In this document: positions 52,786 to 64,000 of the stretch, piece by piece
Numbering within the stretch: position 1 is the first letter of the stretch
Layout: the number at the start of each line of letters is the position of its first letter
From: Vulcanimicrobiota bacterium
Lineage (GTDB): Bacteria; Vulcanimicrobiota; Vulcanimicrobiia; Vulcanimicrobiales; Vulcanimicrobiaceae
DNA length: 64,000 bases
Direction: 5' to 3'
Assembly: GCA_963733295.1 (NCBI GenBank)
Contig: CAVTCS010000005.1
Location: 32,001-96,000 of the forward strand
The notes under the pieces: model-generated
The model's input: the letters and a program-made list of their open reading frames with translations, nothing else
What the model was told of the DNA's origin: nothing
The model's database searches: none
Program-made: the position numbers and the translations under genes

Positions 52786-53463
52786 TCACCATACGTACGG
52801 TACGAGCCGGCTGCGAACCCGGCGGCAGTACTCCGCATAACCGGGGAGATTCTTTTGCAGAAAGGCTTCTTCGTCGAGAAGGCGCCAGACGATTGCGGCC
52901 GCGAGCGGAACGACTGCGACGAGCGCCCAGAACGAACCGAGCGTGAGCGGCGTGCCGATCAGCATGAGCAACGCGCCCGAGTACATCGGATGGCGAACGG
53001 CGGCATAGGGTCCGCTCGAGACCACCTGTTGGCCGCTCCATACGCCGATCGTGCCTGAGGCGAACGAGTTCTCGCGGAATACGAGAAAGACGACGAAGAA
53101 CCCGACCGCCGTCAGCCCGGCGCCGCCGGCTTCGAGGAGCGGCGGTACGTACGACCACCCGAAGCGATGGTCGAACGATGCGCTGAGAAAGATCGCCAAG
53201 AACGCGCACAACGCGATGGCGTGGATGATCTTCTGTGGCTTCCGCTTTTCGGCGATCGGACCCGCAACGATGCGGCGTTCGAGCAACGCGGGGTCGTTCT
53301 TCAGCAGATACGCCGTAATCAGAGCGACTGCCGTCGCGAATATGGCGAGGTAAATCCAGGCCTGCGGATAGTCGAGCGTGAGCGCGGGAACGAAGAGCAC
53401 GAGCCCCAGAAGGCCGAGCGTTTGAAGGGCGCCGACCGTCGCTCTCACCGCGAGCGAGTTCAC
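52786..53463 (-). CDS. Isoprenylcysteine carboxyl methyltransferase family membrane protein
   Basis: DPALLERR, FRENSFA, GPYA.VRHPMYSG, EE.FL...LPGY.EY. Confidence 0.9.
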   Translation of the reverse strand: MNSLAVRATVGALQTLGLLGLVLFVPALTLDYPQAWIYLAIFATAVALITAYLLKNDPALLERRIVAGPIAEKRKPQKIIHAIALCAFLAIFLSASFDHRFGWSYVPPLLEAGGAGLTAVGFFVVFLVFRENSFASGTIGVWSGQQVVSSGPYAAVRHPMYSGALLMLIGTPLTLGSFWALVAVVPLAAAIVWRLLDEEAFLQKNLPGYAEYCRRVRSRLVPYVW

Positions 53464-53538
53464 TCCCTCACTTAAAACCCGATAGCGCCATTTTCGATTC
53501 GACCTCTCCGCATTTTTTCGGGCGATGTAGCGGTACCC

Positions 53539-53799
53539 TTATTTCGGCTCATCTTGAGTGTGAATGTATTCCCAGAGAATGTGCTGGATTAGGTTGCTGC
53601 GCTTCCGATGCTGACCAGCGGCCATACGATCGAGAGCATCGAGAAGTGGGCGGCTGAGACGGATCGAAATCGGCGGCTGGCTGGAAATCGGCCCAACGTC
53701 AGCGCGTTCGGCGACGGTACCCTCGAAAGCGTCATAGTCCGGCGACTCGTGTTGCCGGATCATTTCTTCGCGTGAAAGCCTTTTCGTCGTTTTCATCAT
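53539..53799 (-). CDS. CopG/ribbon-helix-helix antitoxin-like protein
   Basis: C-terminal PISIRLSRPLLDALDRMA...RSNLIQHILWEY; ATG at 53799 overlaps an upstream TGA. Confidence 0.75.
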   Translation of the reverse strand: MMKTTKRLSREEMIRQHESPDYDAFEGTVAERADVGPISSQPPISIRLSRPLLDALDRMAAGQHRKRSNLIQHILWEYIHTQDEPK

Positions 53800-53877
53800 C
53801 CACTCCGACACCGACGCTTCTCACGCTCGTTCATATCGCGCGCGGAAAAAACGTACAGCTCGATGGCATAGTGTCAT
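53796..53877 (-). pseudogene. Remnant of a BrnT-like toxin gene
   Basis: Reads ...IELYVFSARDMNEREKRRCRSG* with no in-frame start; resembles the BrnT C-terminus (SARxMxxxExxxY). Confidence 0.6.
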
Positions 53878-54201
53878 GTCCGATTGTAGCATATTGTATT
53901 ACATTTGAATACGGTGCCCACCCGCGGCCCGACCGAGCGGACGTCCACCACGCGGAAAGCAACCGACTGTTTCTAGCTGCGCTCCCCTAAGAGTTTGCGT
54001 TCCCGTTTCGGCTTTGGTGCCGCCGTGACGGCGTCGCGATCCGAGCGCGTCCGTCGCGCCATATGCGGCATCAAACGACTTTCGCTGCAAAGCATGCAGC
54101 AAAATAACTTCTCTTCGAGTGCAGATAGCCTACCAGGAAGTCGAGCACGTCGATTTTTCGGCGGAGAGTGAACGCCGCAAGCTGCAGCGAAGCCGCCGGA
54201 C

Positions 54202-55236
54202 ATGCAGACAGCGCGCACGAATCACGAAATCCGCCTCGTTTCCCGGCCGACGGGCTGGCCCACGCTCGATAACTTCGCTTTGGCCGAAACCACGATCGGC
54301 CAACCGGGAGAGGGCGAAGCGCTCGTGCGCATCACGCACATGTCGGTCGATCCCTATATGCGGGGCCGCATGTCCGAAGCGCGCTCGTACGTTCCGCCCT
54401 ACAAGCTGGATGAGGTGATGACGGGTGGCGCGGTCGGATTCGTGATCGAGTCTCGCGAACCGTCACTGCCCGCCGGCACCTGGGTCCTTTCGAGCGACTT
54501 GGGCTGGCGCGAATACGGGATCGCACCGGCCTCGAAACTCCAAAAGATCAGTACCGACATCGCGCCACCGAGCGCGTTTCTCGGCATCCTCGGAATGCCT
54601 GGGCTGACGGCGTGGGTCGGACTGTTCGTCATCGGTCAGCTCAAGGCCGGCGAAACGATCTTCATCTCATCCGCCGGGGGCGCGGTCGGAAGCATCGCGG
54701 GTCAGCTCGCAAAGAATCACGGCGCGCGCGTCATCGGGAGTGTGGGCTCGCCCGAGAAAGCCCGCTACATCAAGGAAGAGTTCGGCTACGACGAAGCTTT
54801 CGATTATCACGGCGACTCCGTCAAGAGTTTGCGCGACGCAGCTCCCGACGGAATCGACGTCTACTTCGACAACGTCGGCGGCGAGCAATTGCAGGCGGCG
54901 CTCGGGGCGCTCAAGGACTTCGGCCGGGCCGTCGAATGCGGCATGATCGCGCAGTACAACGAGCTGGTGCCGGGCCCGGTGAACCTGCCCAACATCGTTC
55001 GCAAACGTCTAAGGGTTCAGGGATTCATCGTCTCGGATCATTACGATCGCGCTCCGGCCTTCATTGCCGAGACGGCGAAGCTCTTGCGGGAAGGAAAGAT
55101 CAAGTACCACGAGACCTACTTCGACGGGCTCGCAAACGCGCCGCACGCGTTCCTCGAACTGTTCGGCGGCCACAAGACCGGCAAGATCATCGTGCGCGTC
55201 GCGCCCGAAGGCACGACCCCGCAAACGACGCCGTGA
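54202..55236 (+). CDS. NADP-dependent oxidoreductase (CurA/PTGR family)
   Basis: SVDPYMRGRM, LGMPGLTA, S.AGGAVGS..GQ.AK, IDVYFDNVGG, CGMIAQYN. Confidence 0.93.
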   Translation: MQTARTNHEIRLVSRPTGWPTLDNFALAETTIGQPGEGEALVRITHMSVDPYMRGRMSEARSYVPPYKLDEVMTGGAVGFVIESREPSLPAGTWVLSSDLGWREYGIAPASKLQKISTDIAPPSAFLGILGMPGLTAWVGLFVIGQLKAGETIFISSAGGAVGSIAGQLAKNHGARVIGSVGSPEKARYIKEEFGYDEAFDYHGDSVKSLRDAAPDGIDVYFDNVGGEQLQAALGALKDFGRAVECGMIAQYNELVPGPVNLPNIVRKRLRVQGFIVSDHYDRAPAFIAETAKLLREGKIKYHETYFDGLANAPHAFLELFGGHKTGKIIVRVAPEGTTPQTTP

Positions 55237-55244
55237 GGTAGCGT

Positions 55245-56477
55245 GTGATCCGTGAAAGTTCCCTCGAGACGCGTTGCTGCATCGCAGGCGGCGGACCGGC
55301 CGGAATCCTCACCGGATACTTGCTGGCGCGCGCCGGAATCGACGTTGTGGTCCTCGAGAAGCACGCCGATTTCTTTCGCGACTTCCGCGGCGATACGGTC
55401 CATCCGTCGACGCTGCGGATACTCGACGAGTTAGACCTGCTCGACGCATTTCTCAAGGTACCTCACAACGAAGTTCATGAGTTGAGGGCGCGCTTCGGCG
55501 AAACGTCTGTCCCGATGGCCGACTTCGGCCACGTGCCCGGGCGCTGCAAGTTCCTGGTGCTCATGCCGCAGTGGGATTTTCTCAATTTCATAGCCGAGCA
55601 CGCCAAGCAATTTCCAACTTTCAAGCTCATGATGAACGCAGAAGCCACCGATCTCATTCGCAGCGACGGCCGCATCAGCGGTGTGAGCGTGCGAACGCAA
55701 GAGGGCACGCTAGCGGTGCGCGCCGACCTCGTAATCGCCGCGGACGGACGCAGCTCGGTGTTACGCGAGCGCGCCGGACTCAAGGTTCTCGACCTCGGGG
55801 CGCCGATCGACGTGCTCTGGATGCGGCTCTCGCGCCACCCTTCGGATCCAAATCAGGCATTCGGCAGCATCGGGCCCGGCGGTCTTCTCGTGACGATCGA
55901 TCGCGGTGACTACTTTCAGTGCGCTCTGCTCATCCGCAAAGGTGGATACGACGAGGTCAAAACACGCGGTCTCGAACGGCTCGGTGCGGAAATCACGGCA
56001 CTCGCGCCGTTTCTGAGCGATCGCGTCGCCGAGTTACAGAGTTGGGATCAGATCAAGCTGCTCAGCGTCACGGTCGATCGCTTGAAGTGCTGGTTCTTGC
56101 CGGGGTTGCTCTGCATCGGCGACGCCGCACACGCGATGTCACCCGTGGGCGGAGTCGGCATCAACCTCGCGATTCAAGATGCAGTCGCCGCGGCGAACGC
56201 GCTGGCGGAGCCGCTGCAGCGCGGCAGTGTCGAAACGCGGGTTTTGGAAGGCGTTCAACGCCGGCGCGAATTGCCGACCAAGTTCATCCAAAGCGCCCAA
56301 GTCTTCATCCAAAATCGCATCTTGAGCGCCGTTCTCGCGGGACGAGGGCCGAGCAAACCGCCGGCGATCGTGCGGCTCTTCGGCGTGTTCCCGACCCTGC
56401 GACGCATTCCGGCTTACGTGGTGGGAATCGGATTCTGGCCCGAACGCGTGCGCACGCCGCGAGCCGGCAGCAAGTGA
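55245..56477 (+). CDS. FAD-dependent oxidoreductase/monooxygenase
   Basis: IAGGGPAG, EKH.DF.RDFRGDTVHPST, ADGR.S, IGDAAHAMSPVGGVGINLAIQDA. Confidence 0.92.
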   Translation: MIRESSLETRCCIAGGGPAGILTGYLLARAGIDVVVLEKHADFFRDFRGDTVHPSTLRILDELDLLDAFLKVPHNEVHELRARFGETSVPMADFGHVPGRCKFLVLMPQWDFLNFIAEHAKQFPTFKLMMNAEATDLIRSDGRISGVSVRTQEGTLAVRADLVIAADGRSSVLRERAGLKVLDLGAPIDVLWMRLSRHPSDPNQAFGSIGPGGLLVTIDRGDYFQCALLIRKGGYDEVKTRGLERLGAEITALAPFLSDRVAELQSWDQIKLLSVTVDRLKCWFLPGLLCIGDAAHAMSPVGGVGINLAIQDAVAAANALAEPLQRGSVETRVLEGVQRRRELPTKFIQSAQVFIQNRILSAVLAGRGPSKPPAIVRLFGVFPTLRRIPAYVVGIGFWPERVRTPRAGSK

Positions 56478-56541
56478 CGACACCAACTTTGGAAAGGAGC
56501 CCACCTCGATGAGCCAGGATTCGCTTCCCAGCGGCGACCGT

Positions 56542-57564
56542 ATGAACCGGCGCGACGTGCTCGTTGGAGCCGCGACCGCGATCGCGGCCGTTTCGATCGC
56601 GGAAAGTGCGAGCGCGCGAACCACCGCGACACCGATCCTTGCGTCCTGGAAAGACGGTCCGGCAAAACAAGGTCTCATCAACTTCGCACGCGCGACGGGC
56701 GATGCGTCGAGCCCGAACTTCGTGAAACCCGAAGATCGTATCGCGACGTTCGACCAAGACGGCACGCTTTGGGTCGAACATCCGCTCTACGCGCAGGCAG
56801 CCTTTGCGGTCGCACGCGTCGTCGCGCTCGCTCCCGAGCACCCGGATTGGAAAACGACACCTCCCTTCAGCGCGGTCCTCTCCGGAAATCCAGACGCGCT
56901 CGCGACCTTGAAAGAGGAAGACTGGGCGCAGATCATCGCGGCGACGCATTCCGGCATGGACACGGAGGCCTTCCTCGAGATCGCGAGCCAATGGCTCGCG
57001 ACCGCAAAGCATCCGCGCTTTGGGCGGCTCTATACCGAACTCACCTATCAGCCGATGCGCGAAGCGCTGGATTTCCTTCGCGCGGCCGGATTCAAAACGT
57101 ACATCGTAACCGGCGGCGGCCAAGAATTCGTGCGAGCCTTCGCGCAGCGCGTGTACGGCATCCCAGTCGAGCAAGTCATCGGCTCGGGCATCCAAACGAA
57201 GTACGAGTTCGTTGACTCAAAGCCGGTCTTGATGCGAGAGCCGAAACTCTTCTTCAACGACAACAACGACGGGAAGGCGATCGGCATCAACCTTTTCGTC
57301 GGCAAGCGCCCGTACGCGGCCTTCGGAAACTCGACCGGCGACCAGCAAATGCTCGAGTGGACCGGCGCAGGAGCGGGAGCACGGCTCAAGATGCTCGTCC
57401 TCCACGACGACCCGGTGCGCGAATACGCTTACGGACCCGCGGGCGGTCTACCTGACACGTCGGTCGGTACGTTCTCCCCCGCGCTCTTGAGCGAAGCGCG
57501 AACTCGCGGCTGGACCGTCATCAGCATGAAGAACGATTGGAGTCGCATCTTCTCGTTCGAGTAG
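56542..57564 (+). CDS. Tat-exported HAD-family hydrolase
   Basis: MNRRDVL twin-arginine signal, FDQDGTLW.E.P, FGNSTGD..ML, SMKNDW..IF. Confidence 0.9.
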   Translation: MNRRDVLVGAATAIAAVSIAESASARTTATPILASWKDGPAKQGLINFARATGDASSPNFVKPEDRIATFDQDGTLWVEHPLYAQAAFAVARVVALAPEHPDWKTTPPFSAVLSGNPDALATLKEEDWAQIIAATHSGMDTEAFLEIASQWLATAKHPRFGRLYTELTYQPMREALDFLRAAGFKTYIVTGGGQEFVRAFAQRVYGIPVEQVIGSGIQTKYEFVDSKPVLMREPKLFFNDNNDGKAIGINLFVGKRPYAAFGNSTGDQQMLEWTGAGAGARLKMLVLHDDPVREYAYGPAGGLPDTSVGTFSPALLSEARTRGWTVISMKNDWSRIFSFE

Positions 57565-57583
57565 CGCGCGGGTCGCGCGCCGG

Positions 57584-58456
57584 CTATCGTTTGACGCCGA
57601 AGTCTTCGTAGATCGTGTAGTTCGAGGGCGCCCAGTGCAACTGGGTGCGCGCCTTTCGATTGGAGACCACCTGATCGAGGCACAACGCGTCGGCGAAGGC
57701 CCCGAATTTTTGACGCGCGACCTCGAGCGGAATCGAGCGCGTCTCCGAAAGGCCGAGACTCTCCGCGGCGGCCGCGGCGACGTCGCGCACTCGTTCGGAG
57801 GTCGGGCCGGTTGCGTTGTAGACGACTCCCGCAGGCGCGTTCTCCAGGGCCAGCGCGTAAAGCTCCGCGAGATCGTCGACGTAGACGAGCGGCCAGCGAT
57901 TGTCGCCGTCGCCGATATACTCGACCGCTCCGTCGAGCACGTTGCCGAGGAGCATGCCGGGGAGCCCGCGCCGTTGTCCGAAAACGTCGCCCGGCCGAAT
58001 GACGATCGTATGCGCCCCGGCCTTCGAGGCGTCGAGCACCTCGCGTTCGACCTCGGCGCGCCAGGTTACGATCTCCGGAGGATTCAAGCGCGTCGACTCG
58101 TCCGCGGGCGTGTCGCCGGTGTTTCCGTAAAGCCAGACGCCGCTCGTGTAGATGAAGCGGCGACCGGTTCCACGCAAGGGCACGAGCATCGCTCGAGTCG
58201 CCGCGCTGTCGACTTCACCTTGGCGCGCGTCGCCGGTGTTGCCGCAGTGGATGACGGCATCGGCGTCGCGGCCGGCGACTTCCAGCGTCCTCGGTTCCTC
58301 GAGCGAACCCTTGATAACTTTGTAGCGATGAGCCGAGGCAGACTCCTGAGCGGCGGGCGTGCGAGCGAGCGCGTGGATCGTGTGACCGCGGCGTTCCAGC
58401 ACGCGAGCAACGGCGCTGCCGATAAAACCGTTGGCACCGGTTAGAAAAACTCTCAT
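57584..58456 (-). CDS. NAD-dependent epimerase/dehydratase family protein
   Basis: [29 protein letters not shown]. Confidence 0.9.
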   Translation of the reverse strand: MRVFLTGANGFIGSAVARVLERRGHTIHALARTPAAQESASAHRYKVIKGSLEEPRTLEVAGRDADAVIHCGNTGDARQGEVDSAATRAMLVPLRGTGRRFIYTSGVWLYGNTGDTPADESTRLNPPEIVTWRAEVEREVLDASKAGAHTIVIRPGDVFGQRRGLPGMLLGNVLDGAVEYIGDGDNRWPLVYVDDLAELYALALENAPAGVVYNATGPTSERVRDVAAAAAESLGLSETRSIPLEVARQKFGAFADALCLDQVVSNRKARTQLHWAPSNYTIYEDFGVKR

Positions 58457-61400
58457 GCCTTCGCTAGTTCGTGCAGGCTCTTGAGGTTTTCTTTCTCGAG
58501 CGCTTCGATATGCGAGCGGTCGGCGTGCACGCGTCCGTGCGCTCGCTCGTCGGCGAGCGTCGCGCGAAGATATTCTCCGGTGAAGGATCCTGGGGCAGCG
58601 GCGACTTCCTCGGGCGTTCCTTTCGCGACGAGCGTCCCGCCGCGATCGCCGCCCTCGGGCCCGAGATCGATCACGTAGTCGGCGGTCTTGACGACGTCCA
58701 AGTTGTGTTCGATCGTAAGCACGGTGTTGCCGAGCCCGACCAAGCGCTGCAAGACGTCGAGCAATTTGTGAATGTCGGCAAAATGCAGACCGGTCGTCGG
58801 TTCGTCGAGCACGTAGAACGTGCGGCCGGTCGCACGCTTCGAAAGTTCGGTGGCCAGCTTGACCCGCTGCGCCTCGCCGCCGGAGAGCGTCGTCGCGGGC
58901 TGTCCCATTTTGATGTACCCGAGTCCGACGTCGGCGATCGTCTTGAGACGGCCGTGGATGCGCGGAATCGCGGAGAAAAACTCCGACGCTTCGTCGACGC
59001 GCATCTCGAGCACGTCGGCGATCGATTTGCCTTTATATTTGATCTCGAGCGTCTGCGCGTTGTAGCGCTTGCCTTTGCAGACCTCGCACGGCACGTAGAC
59101 GTCGGGCAGGAAGTGCATCTCGATCTTGATGATCCCGTCGCCCTCGCAGGCCTCGCAGCGGCCGCCCTTCACGTTGAACGAGAAGCGACCCGGGCCGTAG
59201 CCGCGCACCTTCGAATCGGGCACGAGCGAAAACAGCTCGCGAACCAGATCGAAGGCGCCGGTGTAGGTCGCGGGATTCGAGCGCGGCGTGCGGCCGATCG
59301 GCGATTGGTCGATGACGACGAGCTTGTCGAGCGCCTCGGCGCCGCGCACCGTTCCATACGTTCCGGCGGCAGGATGGCCGTGCAGGTGCTGGTTCAAGGC
59401 TTTGACCAGCACTTCGTTGACCAGCGTCGACTTGCCCGACCCGCTCACGCCGGTCACGCACGCAAACACGCCGATCGGAAAATCCACGTTTAGGCCGTCG
59501 ATGTTGTTGGCTTTGGCGTTCTTGACGTTCAGCCAGGTTCGCGGTGTGCGGCGATGCGAGGGAATCGCGATGAACTGCCGTCCGCTCAAGTAGGCGCCGG
59601 TGAGCGACTCGGGATTGCGCATCACTTCCTCGAGCGAGCCGACCGTCAGGATGCGGCCGCCCTCGGCACCCGCTCCCGGACCGACGTCGACGATCACGTC
59701 GGCCTCGCGCATCGTGTCCTCGTCGTGCTCGATGACGATCAACGTGTTTCCCAGGTCGCGCAGCGTCTTGAGCGTCGCGAGCAACCGGTCGTTGTCGCGC
59801 TGATGCAAGCCAATCGACGGTTCGTCCAAGATGTACAGCACGCCGACCAGCGAGCTCCCGATCTGCGTCGCGAGCCGAATGCGTTGCGACTCTCCGCCCG
59901 AGAGCGTCGTCGCGGAACGCGCCAAGCTGAGATACCCAAGCCCGACGTTCGTCAAGAAACCAAGCCGCGCGCGCACTTCCTTGAGGATCTGATGCGCGAT
60001 CAACTCTTCGCGCGGCGTGGGCCGGAACTCGCGGAAGACTCGCTCGGCGCGTTCCACCGAAAGCGCGGTCAACTCGCTGATGTTCATGTCCCCGACCGTC
60101 ACGGCCAGCGCTTCCGGCTTGAGGCGCGCGCCCTTGCAGGCCTTGCACGTCGCCGCCGACATGAACTTCTCGATCTCTTCCTTGACGTAGTCCGAAGAGG
60201 TTTCGTTGAAGCGGCGCTGGAGGTTGTTGACGACGCCCTCGAAGGTCTTCTCGTACTCGTACGAGTGTCCGCTGCGCGTTTCGTACGTAAAACGGTGCGC
60301 GCGTTCGGAGCCGTAGAGCAACGTGTCGACGAGGTCGGGCGGCATTTTCTCGATCGGCGTCGTCGCCTTCACGCGCCGCGAACGCAGCAACCGCTCGACC
60401 TGCTGCATGTACCACGGATTCATCGACGGATAGCGGCCGCCGCCGAGCGACTTGCTCCACGGCACGATCGCGCCTTCTTCGATCGACTTGGTGCGGTCGG
60501 GGATGACCTTCCAAGGATCGATCTCAATCTTGACGCCGAGACCCGTACACTCCGGACACGCGCCGAAAGGCGAGTTGAACGAGAACAGGCGCGGCGCGAG
60601 CTCTTCGAACGAGAGACCGCAGTAGACGCAGGCCAGCTGCTCCGAGAACGTCATCTCGCGCGCCGCCGCCGCCGCCCGGGCCGTGCCTTCGTTGACGTGC
60701 AGTTGGTTCGGCTCGCCGCTGCGGCTCGGCTCGACGAGCACCGTCGCGATGCCGCCCGCCAGCCGAAGCGTGGTTTCGAGCGAGTCGGTCAGCCGCTTGC
60801 GCACGTCGGGCTTCATCACGAGCCGGTCGACGACGACCTCGATCGTATGTTTCTTCTTCTTGTCGAGATCGATTTTGTCACGCAGCTCGCGCGTCTCGCC
60901 GTCGACGCGGATGCGGGCGAAACCCTCTTTGCCGATCTCCTCGAAGAGTTTGTGGTACTCGCCCTTGCGGCCGCGCACGACCGGTGCGAGCAGCTGGATC
61001 CGCGATCCCTCGGGCAGCTCCATCACCTGATCCACGATCTGTTCGCTCGACTGAGCGCTCACCTCACGCCCGCAACTATAGCAGTGCGGTTTGCCGATGC
61101 GCGCGAAGAGGAGGCGCAGGTAGTCGTAGATTTCGGTGACCGTCCCGACGGTCGAGCGCGGATTGCGCGAGGTCGATTTCTGATCGATCGAAATCGCGGG
61201 GGAGAGCCCCTCGATGTAATCGACGTCGGGCTTTTCCATTTGGCCCAGGAACTGACGCGCGTAGGATGAGAGCGACTCGACGTAGCGGCGTTGCCCCTCG
61301 GCATAGATCGTGTCGAACGCGAGCGAAGATTTCCCGGAACCCGAGAGCCCGGTGATGACGATCAGCCGGTTGCGCGGCAGCGTCAGATCGACGTTCTTGA

Positions 61401-61476
61401 GATTGTGCTCGCGCGCGCCTTTGATGACGATCGCGTCGAGCCCGCGCGGAGCTCCGTTCGAGTTGGAGGGGGTCAC
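58453..61476 (-). CDS. uvrA: Excinuclease ABC subunit A
   Basis: [33 protein letters not shown], Zn fingers, second ABC cassette, DLGPEGG. Confidence 0.98.
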   Translation of the reverse strand: MTPSNSNGAPRGLDAIVIKGAREHNLKNVDLTLPRNRLIVITGLSGSGKSSLAFDTIYAEGQRRYVESLSSYARQFLGQMEKPDVDYIEGLSPAISIDQKSTSRNPRSTVGTVTEIYDYLRLLFARIGKPHCYSCGREVSAQSSEQIVDQVMELPEGSRIQLLAPVVRGRKGEYHKLFEEIGKEGFARIRVDGETRELRDKIDLDKKKKHTIEVVVDRLVMKPDVRKRLTDSLETTLRLAGGIATVLVEPSRSGEPNQLHVNEGTARAAAAAREMTFSEQLACVYCGLSFEELAPRLFSFNSPFGACPECTGLGVKIEIDPWKVIPDRTKSIEEGAIVPWSKSLGGGRYPSMNPWYMQQVERLLRSRRVKATTPIEKMPPDLVDTLLYGSERAHRFTYETRSGHSYEYEKTFEGVVNNLQRRFNETSSDYVKEEIEKFMSAATCKACKGARLKPEALAVTVGDMNISELTALSVERAERVFREFRPTPREELIAHQILKEVRARLGFLTNVGLGYLSLARSATTLSGGESQRIRLATQIGSSLVGVLYILDEPSIGLHQRDNDRLLATLKTLRDLGNTLIVIEHDEDTMREADVIVDVGPGAGAEGGRILTVGSLEEVMRNPESLTGAYLSGRQFIAIPSHRRTPRTWLNVKNAKANNIDGLNVDFPIGVFACVTGVSGSGKSTLVNEVLVKALNQHLHGHPAAGTYGTVRGAEALDKLVVIDQSPIGRTPRSNPATYTGAFDLVRELFSLVPDSKVRGYGPGRFSFNVKGGRCEACEGDGIIKIEMHFLPDVYVPCEVCKGKRYNAQTLEIKYKGKSIADVLEMRVDEASEFFSAIPRIHGRLKTIADVGLGYIKMGQPATTLSGGEAQRVKLATELSKRATGRTFYVLDEPTTGLHFADIHKLLDVLQRLVGLGNTVLTIEHNLDVVKTADYVIDLGPEGGDRGGTLVAKGTPEEVAAAPGSFTGEYLRATLADERAHGRVHADRSHIEALEKENLKSLHELAKA

Positions 61477-61542
61477 GGAAGATAGACCCAGCCGGGTGGG
61501 CGAGCGTTGCAGGCGTTCAGAGTGCGGCCGGGAGTCCCGGCA

Positions 61543-62250
61543 TCACGCCACGCTTCCCGGACGGCGCGACGCGATATACTCTCCCACGATGACGAGCGTC
61601 GCATAGGCGATGGCAGCGCCGGCGAGCAGCGACCCGACGATCGACGCGGGCAGCGGCCCCACGCCGGGCGCCAGCGTCAAGAACGCGACGATCACGCCCA
61701 CCGCTAAAAATACCGCGAAGAGTCCGAACACGATGCCGAGCGTCGGAAGTACGCGGTCGTACGCGATTTCCCACGACTCGCGGATCGCCGCGAAACCTTG
61801 GCGTTCGCGTACGATCGCGGCAGGCATCACGTAGAGGCAGAAGAACCCGAACGCCGCTCCGGACAAACCCCAGGTGAACGGTACGAGAAAAGCTGCACCG
61901 GTTCCGATCATCAACAAACCAACGAGCGCCACCAAGACCTGACCGCCGTCGCGCGTGAACGCCGCCCAGCCATCCGCAAACGCGGCACGCCCCGTCTGCC
62001 AGGCGGCGGCGGCCATGCCGGTCGTGAATGCGACCGACGCGACCGCAGCCAGCAACTGAATGATGTCCGCGAGGACGGTGTCGACAATTTTCGCTGCCGG
62101 CGACGCGCCGGGGTCGGGAGCCACCGCCGCCTCGAGCAAGGCTGCGAGCAAGCCGATGACGATGCCCGGCACGACGATCACGGGATTGTGCACGAGCAGG
62201 CGCCACGATTCGCCGAAGATCCGCGAAAGGCCACCCGCGTCGACGCCCAT
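61543..62250 (-). CDS. Hypothetical multi-TM membrane protein
   Basis: About six hydrophobic helices; ATG immediately after the HAD stop. Confidence 0.75.
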   Translation of the reverse strand: MGVDAGGLSRIFGESWRLLVHNPVIVVPGIVIGLLAALLEAAVAPDPGASPAAKIVDTVLADIIQLLAAVASVAFTTGMAAAAWQTGRAAFADGWAAFTRDGGQVLVALVGLLMIGTGAAFLVPFTWGLSGAAFGFFCLYVMPAAIVRERQGFAAIRESWEIAYDRVLPTLGIVFGLFAVFLAVGVIVAFLTLAPGVGPLPASIVGSLLAGAAIAYATLVIVGEYIASRRPGSVA

Positions 62251-62251
62251 G

Positions 62252-62998
62252 TCAACGGCGCTTCCGCGCGGCGCGCAGCGCTCCCTCGACTTCCGCAAAT
62301 TCGTGAACGAGCGCATCCGGCGCGCGCGCACCCTTAGGGAGGCTTTCGCCTCGTGCGTTCAGCCAGACGGTGTAGAGGCCGACCTCGGCAGCACCCGCGA
62401 TGTCCCGGTCGTAGCGGTCGCCGACCATCGCCGCTGCCGCCGGCTCCACTCCGAGCCGCTTGCATGCAAAGCGAAAGAGCTTGGGATCCGGCTTCACCAT
62501 GCCGAGTTCGTCGGCGATAAACAACTCGTCGAACGCATCGCTCAGTTCCAGCCGCGCGATTTTGTCGCGATGCGTTTCGGCGAAACCGTTGGTGAGCAAG
62601 CCGAGGCGCAGGCCATCCCGGCGCAACTCGGCCAGCAGATCCAAGACGCCCGGCCAGAGTCGCAGCGCCTCTCCCCGAAAGCGGTTGTACTCCACCGCAC
62701 AGCGTTCGGCCAACGCGATGTCGTCGATGCCAAGCTCGTGCAAGGCCGCTCGCCACATCTCACTTCGCACGCGTCCGAGCGAGGTCGTCAGATGCGCGCT
62801 CGAGAGGTTGTGCCAAAAAAGCTCCGCTTGCGCGACGTACGCATCGCGCAAGGCAGGAGCGTCGACGCCGCGCTCGCGCGCGACCTCTTCGGCAACGCGC
62901 TCGGCCGCCCAATGGTACGTTGCGGTGTCGTCGTGCAGGGTGTCGTCTAAATCGAAGATCACGGCCGCCAGCGGCGGCCGGGTGAAGAGCTCGCTCAC
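62252..62998 (-). CDS. HAD-family hydrolase (YjjG-like)
   Basis: FDLDDTL, LTNG, KPDP, MVGD.Y.RDI.GA. Confidence 0.92.
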   Translation of the reverse strand: MSELFTRPPLAAVIFDLDDTLHDDTATYHWAAERVAEEVARERGVDAPALRDAYVAQAELFWHNLSSAHLTTSLGRVRSEMWRAALHELGIDDIALAERCAVEYNRFRGEALRLWPGVLDLLAELRRDGLRLGLLTNGFAETHRDKIARLELSDAFDELFIADELGMVKPDPKLFRFACKRLGVEPAAAAMVGDRYDRDIAGAAEVGLYTVWLNARGESLPKGARAPDALVHEFAEVEGALRAARKRR

Positions 62999-63735
62999 CT
63001 GCGGCCAAAGCGGAAGCGCGCTTCGAAGGTCAAGCCGGCGCCGACGTTGCTATCGACCAGTTCGCCGGTATCCAGGTTGCGCGTATGGTAGCTCAGTCCG
63101 CGAAAGCCGAGCAGATAGGTCGCGCCCGGGAAGTGCCATGCGTACGCGGCGCTGTAGTCGATTTCGCCGCCCTGTTCCGGCTTGGGCGCGCGGGACGATC
63201 CGTCGGACGAGAAAACGAGCAAGTTGCCTCGCACGTTGGGAGCACCGGTCAGCGTCATCTCAACCGAGCGCCCGCGTCCGGCCGGCAGATCGGCGACGGC
63301 GGTGAAAAGGGGCGAAGTCACGCGCGCGTAGTTCCGATCGCCGTTGTTGCCGTTGAAATTGGAAAGGTTGACGACTTGAAAGCCGGCACCGAGTCGAAAG
63401 CGGTGTTGCTTGTCGAGATCGACTTGCGCTTCGGCGTTCAACAAACTGAGCGAAGCGCTCGACGTGCCGGCGACCCCCGAACTCGACGCGGTAGCGCCGA
63501 TCTGCGGAAACCCCTCGAGGTGAATGCGCGCACGCGGCCAGATCTGGGACGCTTCGAGGAGCGCTCCGGGAACGACGCCCGAAATCGGTACCGGATTATC
63601 CGAACCGAAGTGCGTGCCGGCCAACAGCGCCGCCAGCACCCCGATATCGGTTTCGGCAGCGGCAGGCTCGCGAACCGCGCAGAGGATCGTCATCGCGACC
63701 AACGCGATCGACGCAGCGGCCGCGAGGAGCCTCAC
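62995..63735 (-). CDS. Exported hypothetical protein, probable beta-barrel
   Basis: Signal peptide, alternating amphipathic strands, C-terminal LTFEARFRFG. Confidence 0.6.
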   Translation of the reverse strand: MRLLAAAASIALVAMTILCAVREPAAAETDIGVLAALLAGTHFGSDNPVPISGVVPGALLEASQIWPRARIHLEGFPQIGATASSSGVAGTSSASLSLLNAEAQVDLDKQHRFRLGAGFQVVNLSNFNGNNGDRNYARVTSPLFTAVADLPAGRGRSVEMTLTGAPNVRGNLLVFSSDGSSRAPKPEQGGEIDYSAAYAWHFPGATYLLGFRGLSYHTRNLDTGELVDSNVGAGLTFEARFRFGRR

Positions 63736-64000
63736 TCGCCGTCGTAGTAATCGAGGGCGGGGTTGTCGCGCAGTATGAGGTCGCTCTGATCGATCAGCAC
63801 TTTGTGCGAGTCGGGATAATAGCAGATGTCGTCGCGCGAAACGTTCGAAAGCATCAGCACCAGCGCCTCGGCGCCGGTATCGTTGATCAGCTTATGCGTC
63901 CCGACGGGTCCGACCGGAAACGCAACGAAGTCGCCGCGGCGCAGGCGATACGAGCCGCGCGGGGTTTCGAGCATCGGTGCGCCTTCGAAAACGACGTAAA
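63732..64000 (-). CDS. Cupin-domain protein (5' end outside window)
   Basis: YVVFEG.P.L.T..G...L..GDFVAFP.G..G.H.L.N, D.CYYPDS.K. Confidence 0.85.
   Translation of the reverse strand, partial: YVVFEGAPMLETPRGSYRLRRGDFVAFPVGPVGTHKLINDTGAEALVLMLSNVSRDDICYYPDSHKVLIDQSDLILRDNPALDYYDGE

Noticed and set aside
53930..54200. Possible tmRNA or other ncRNA in the long intergenic region
   Set aside because: No tRNA-like ends and no tag frame ending in Ala-Ala-stop; no convincing structure.

Overview
High-GC bacterial chromosomal window with about 55 protein-coding genes. I recognised no rRNA, tRNA, CRISPR array or transposase. The core genes (eno, ndk, acpS-nnr, ligA, uvrA) and the many PT-linker lipoproteins, ECF and wHTH-TPR regulators suggest a soil Terrabacteria-type organism such as Vulcanimicrobiota/Eremiobacterota; this is an inference. 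The standout is the first ~10.8 kb. A tightly coupled minus-strand operon (secreted protein, patatin, stand-alone SLOG, deoxyribohydrolase+TPR-S, multi-TIR protein, nSTAND1 NTPase running off the window) is transcribed divergently from a two-gene unit. That unit encodes an exported FecR-like+TPR protein and a CHASE2-transmembrane-TIR receptor. Together they look like a candidate trans-envelope, Toll-like TIR/NAD-signalling conflict or immune system. Other points: a doubly frameshifted gamma-glutamyltransferase; an orphan proteobacterial-type phosphoribulokinase with a LysR/CbbR-like palindrome next to a Betaproteobacteria-like ettA; a 15-bp motif shared by two promoters near winged-helix regulators; an archaemetzincin with HDxxH instead of HExxH; and an orphan RHH antitoxin behind a deleted BrnT-like toxin. 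All family assignments are from motif recognition by eye, not database searches.
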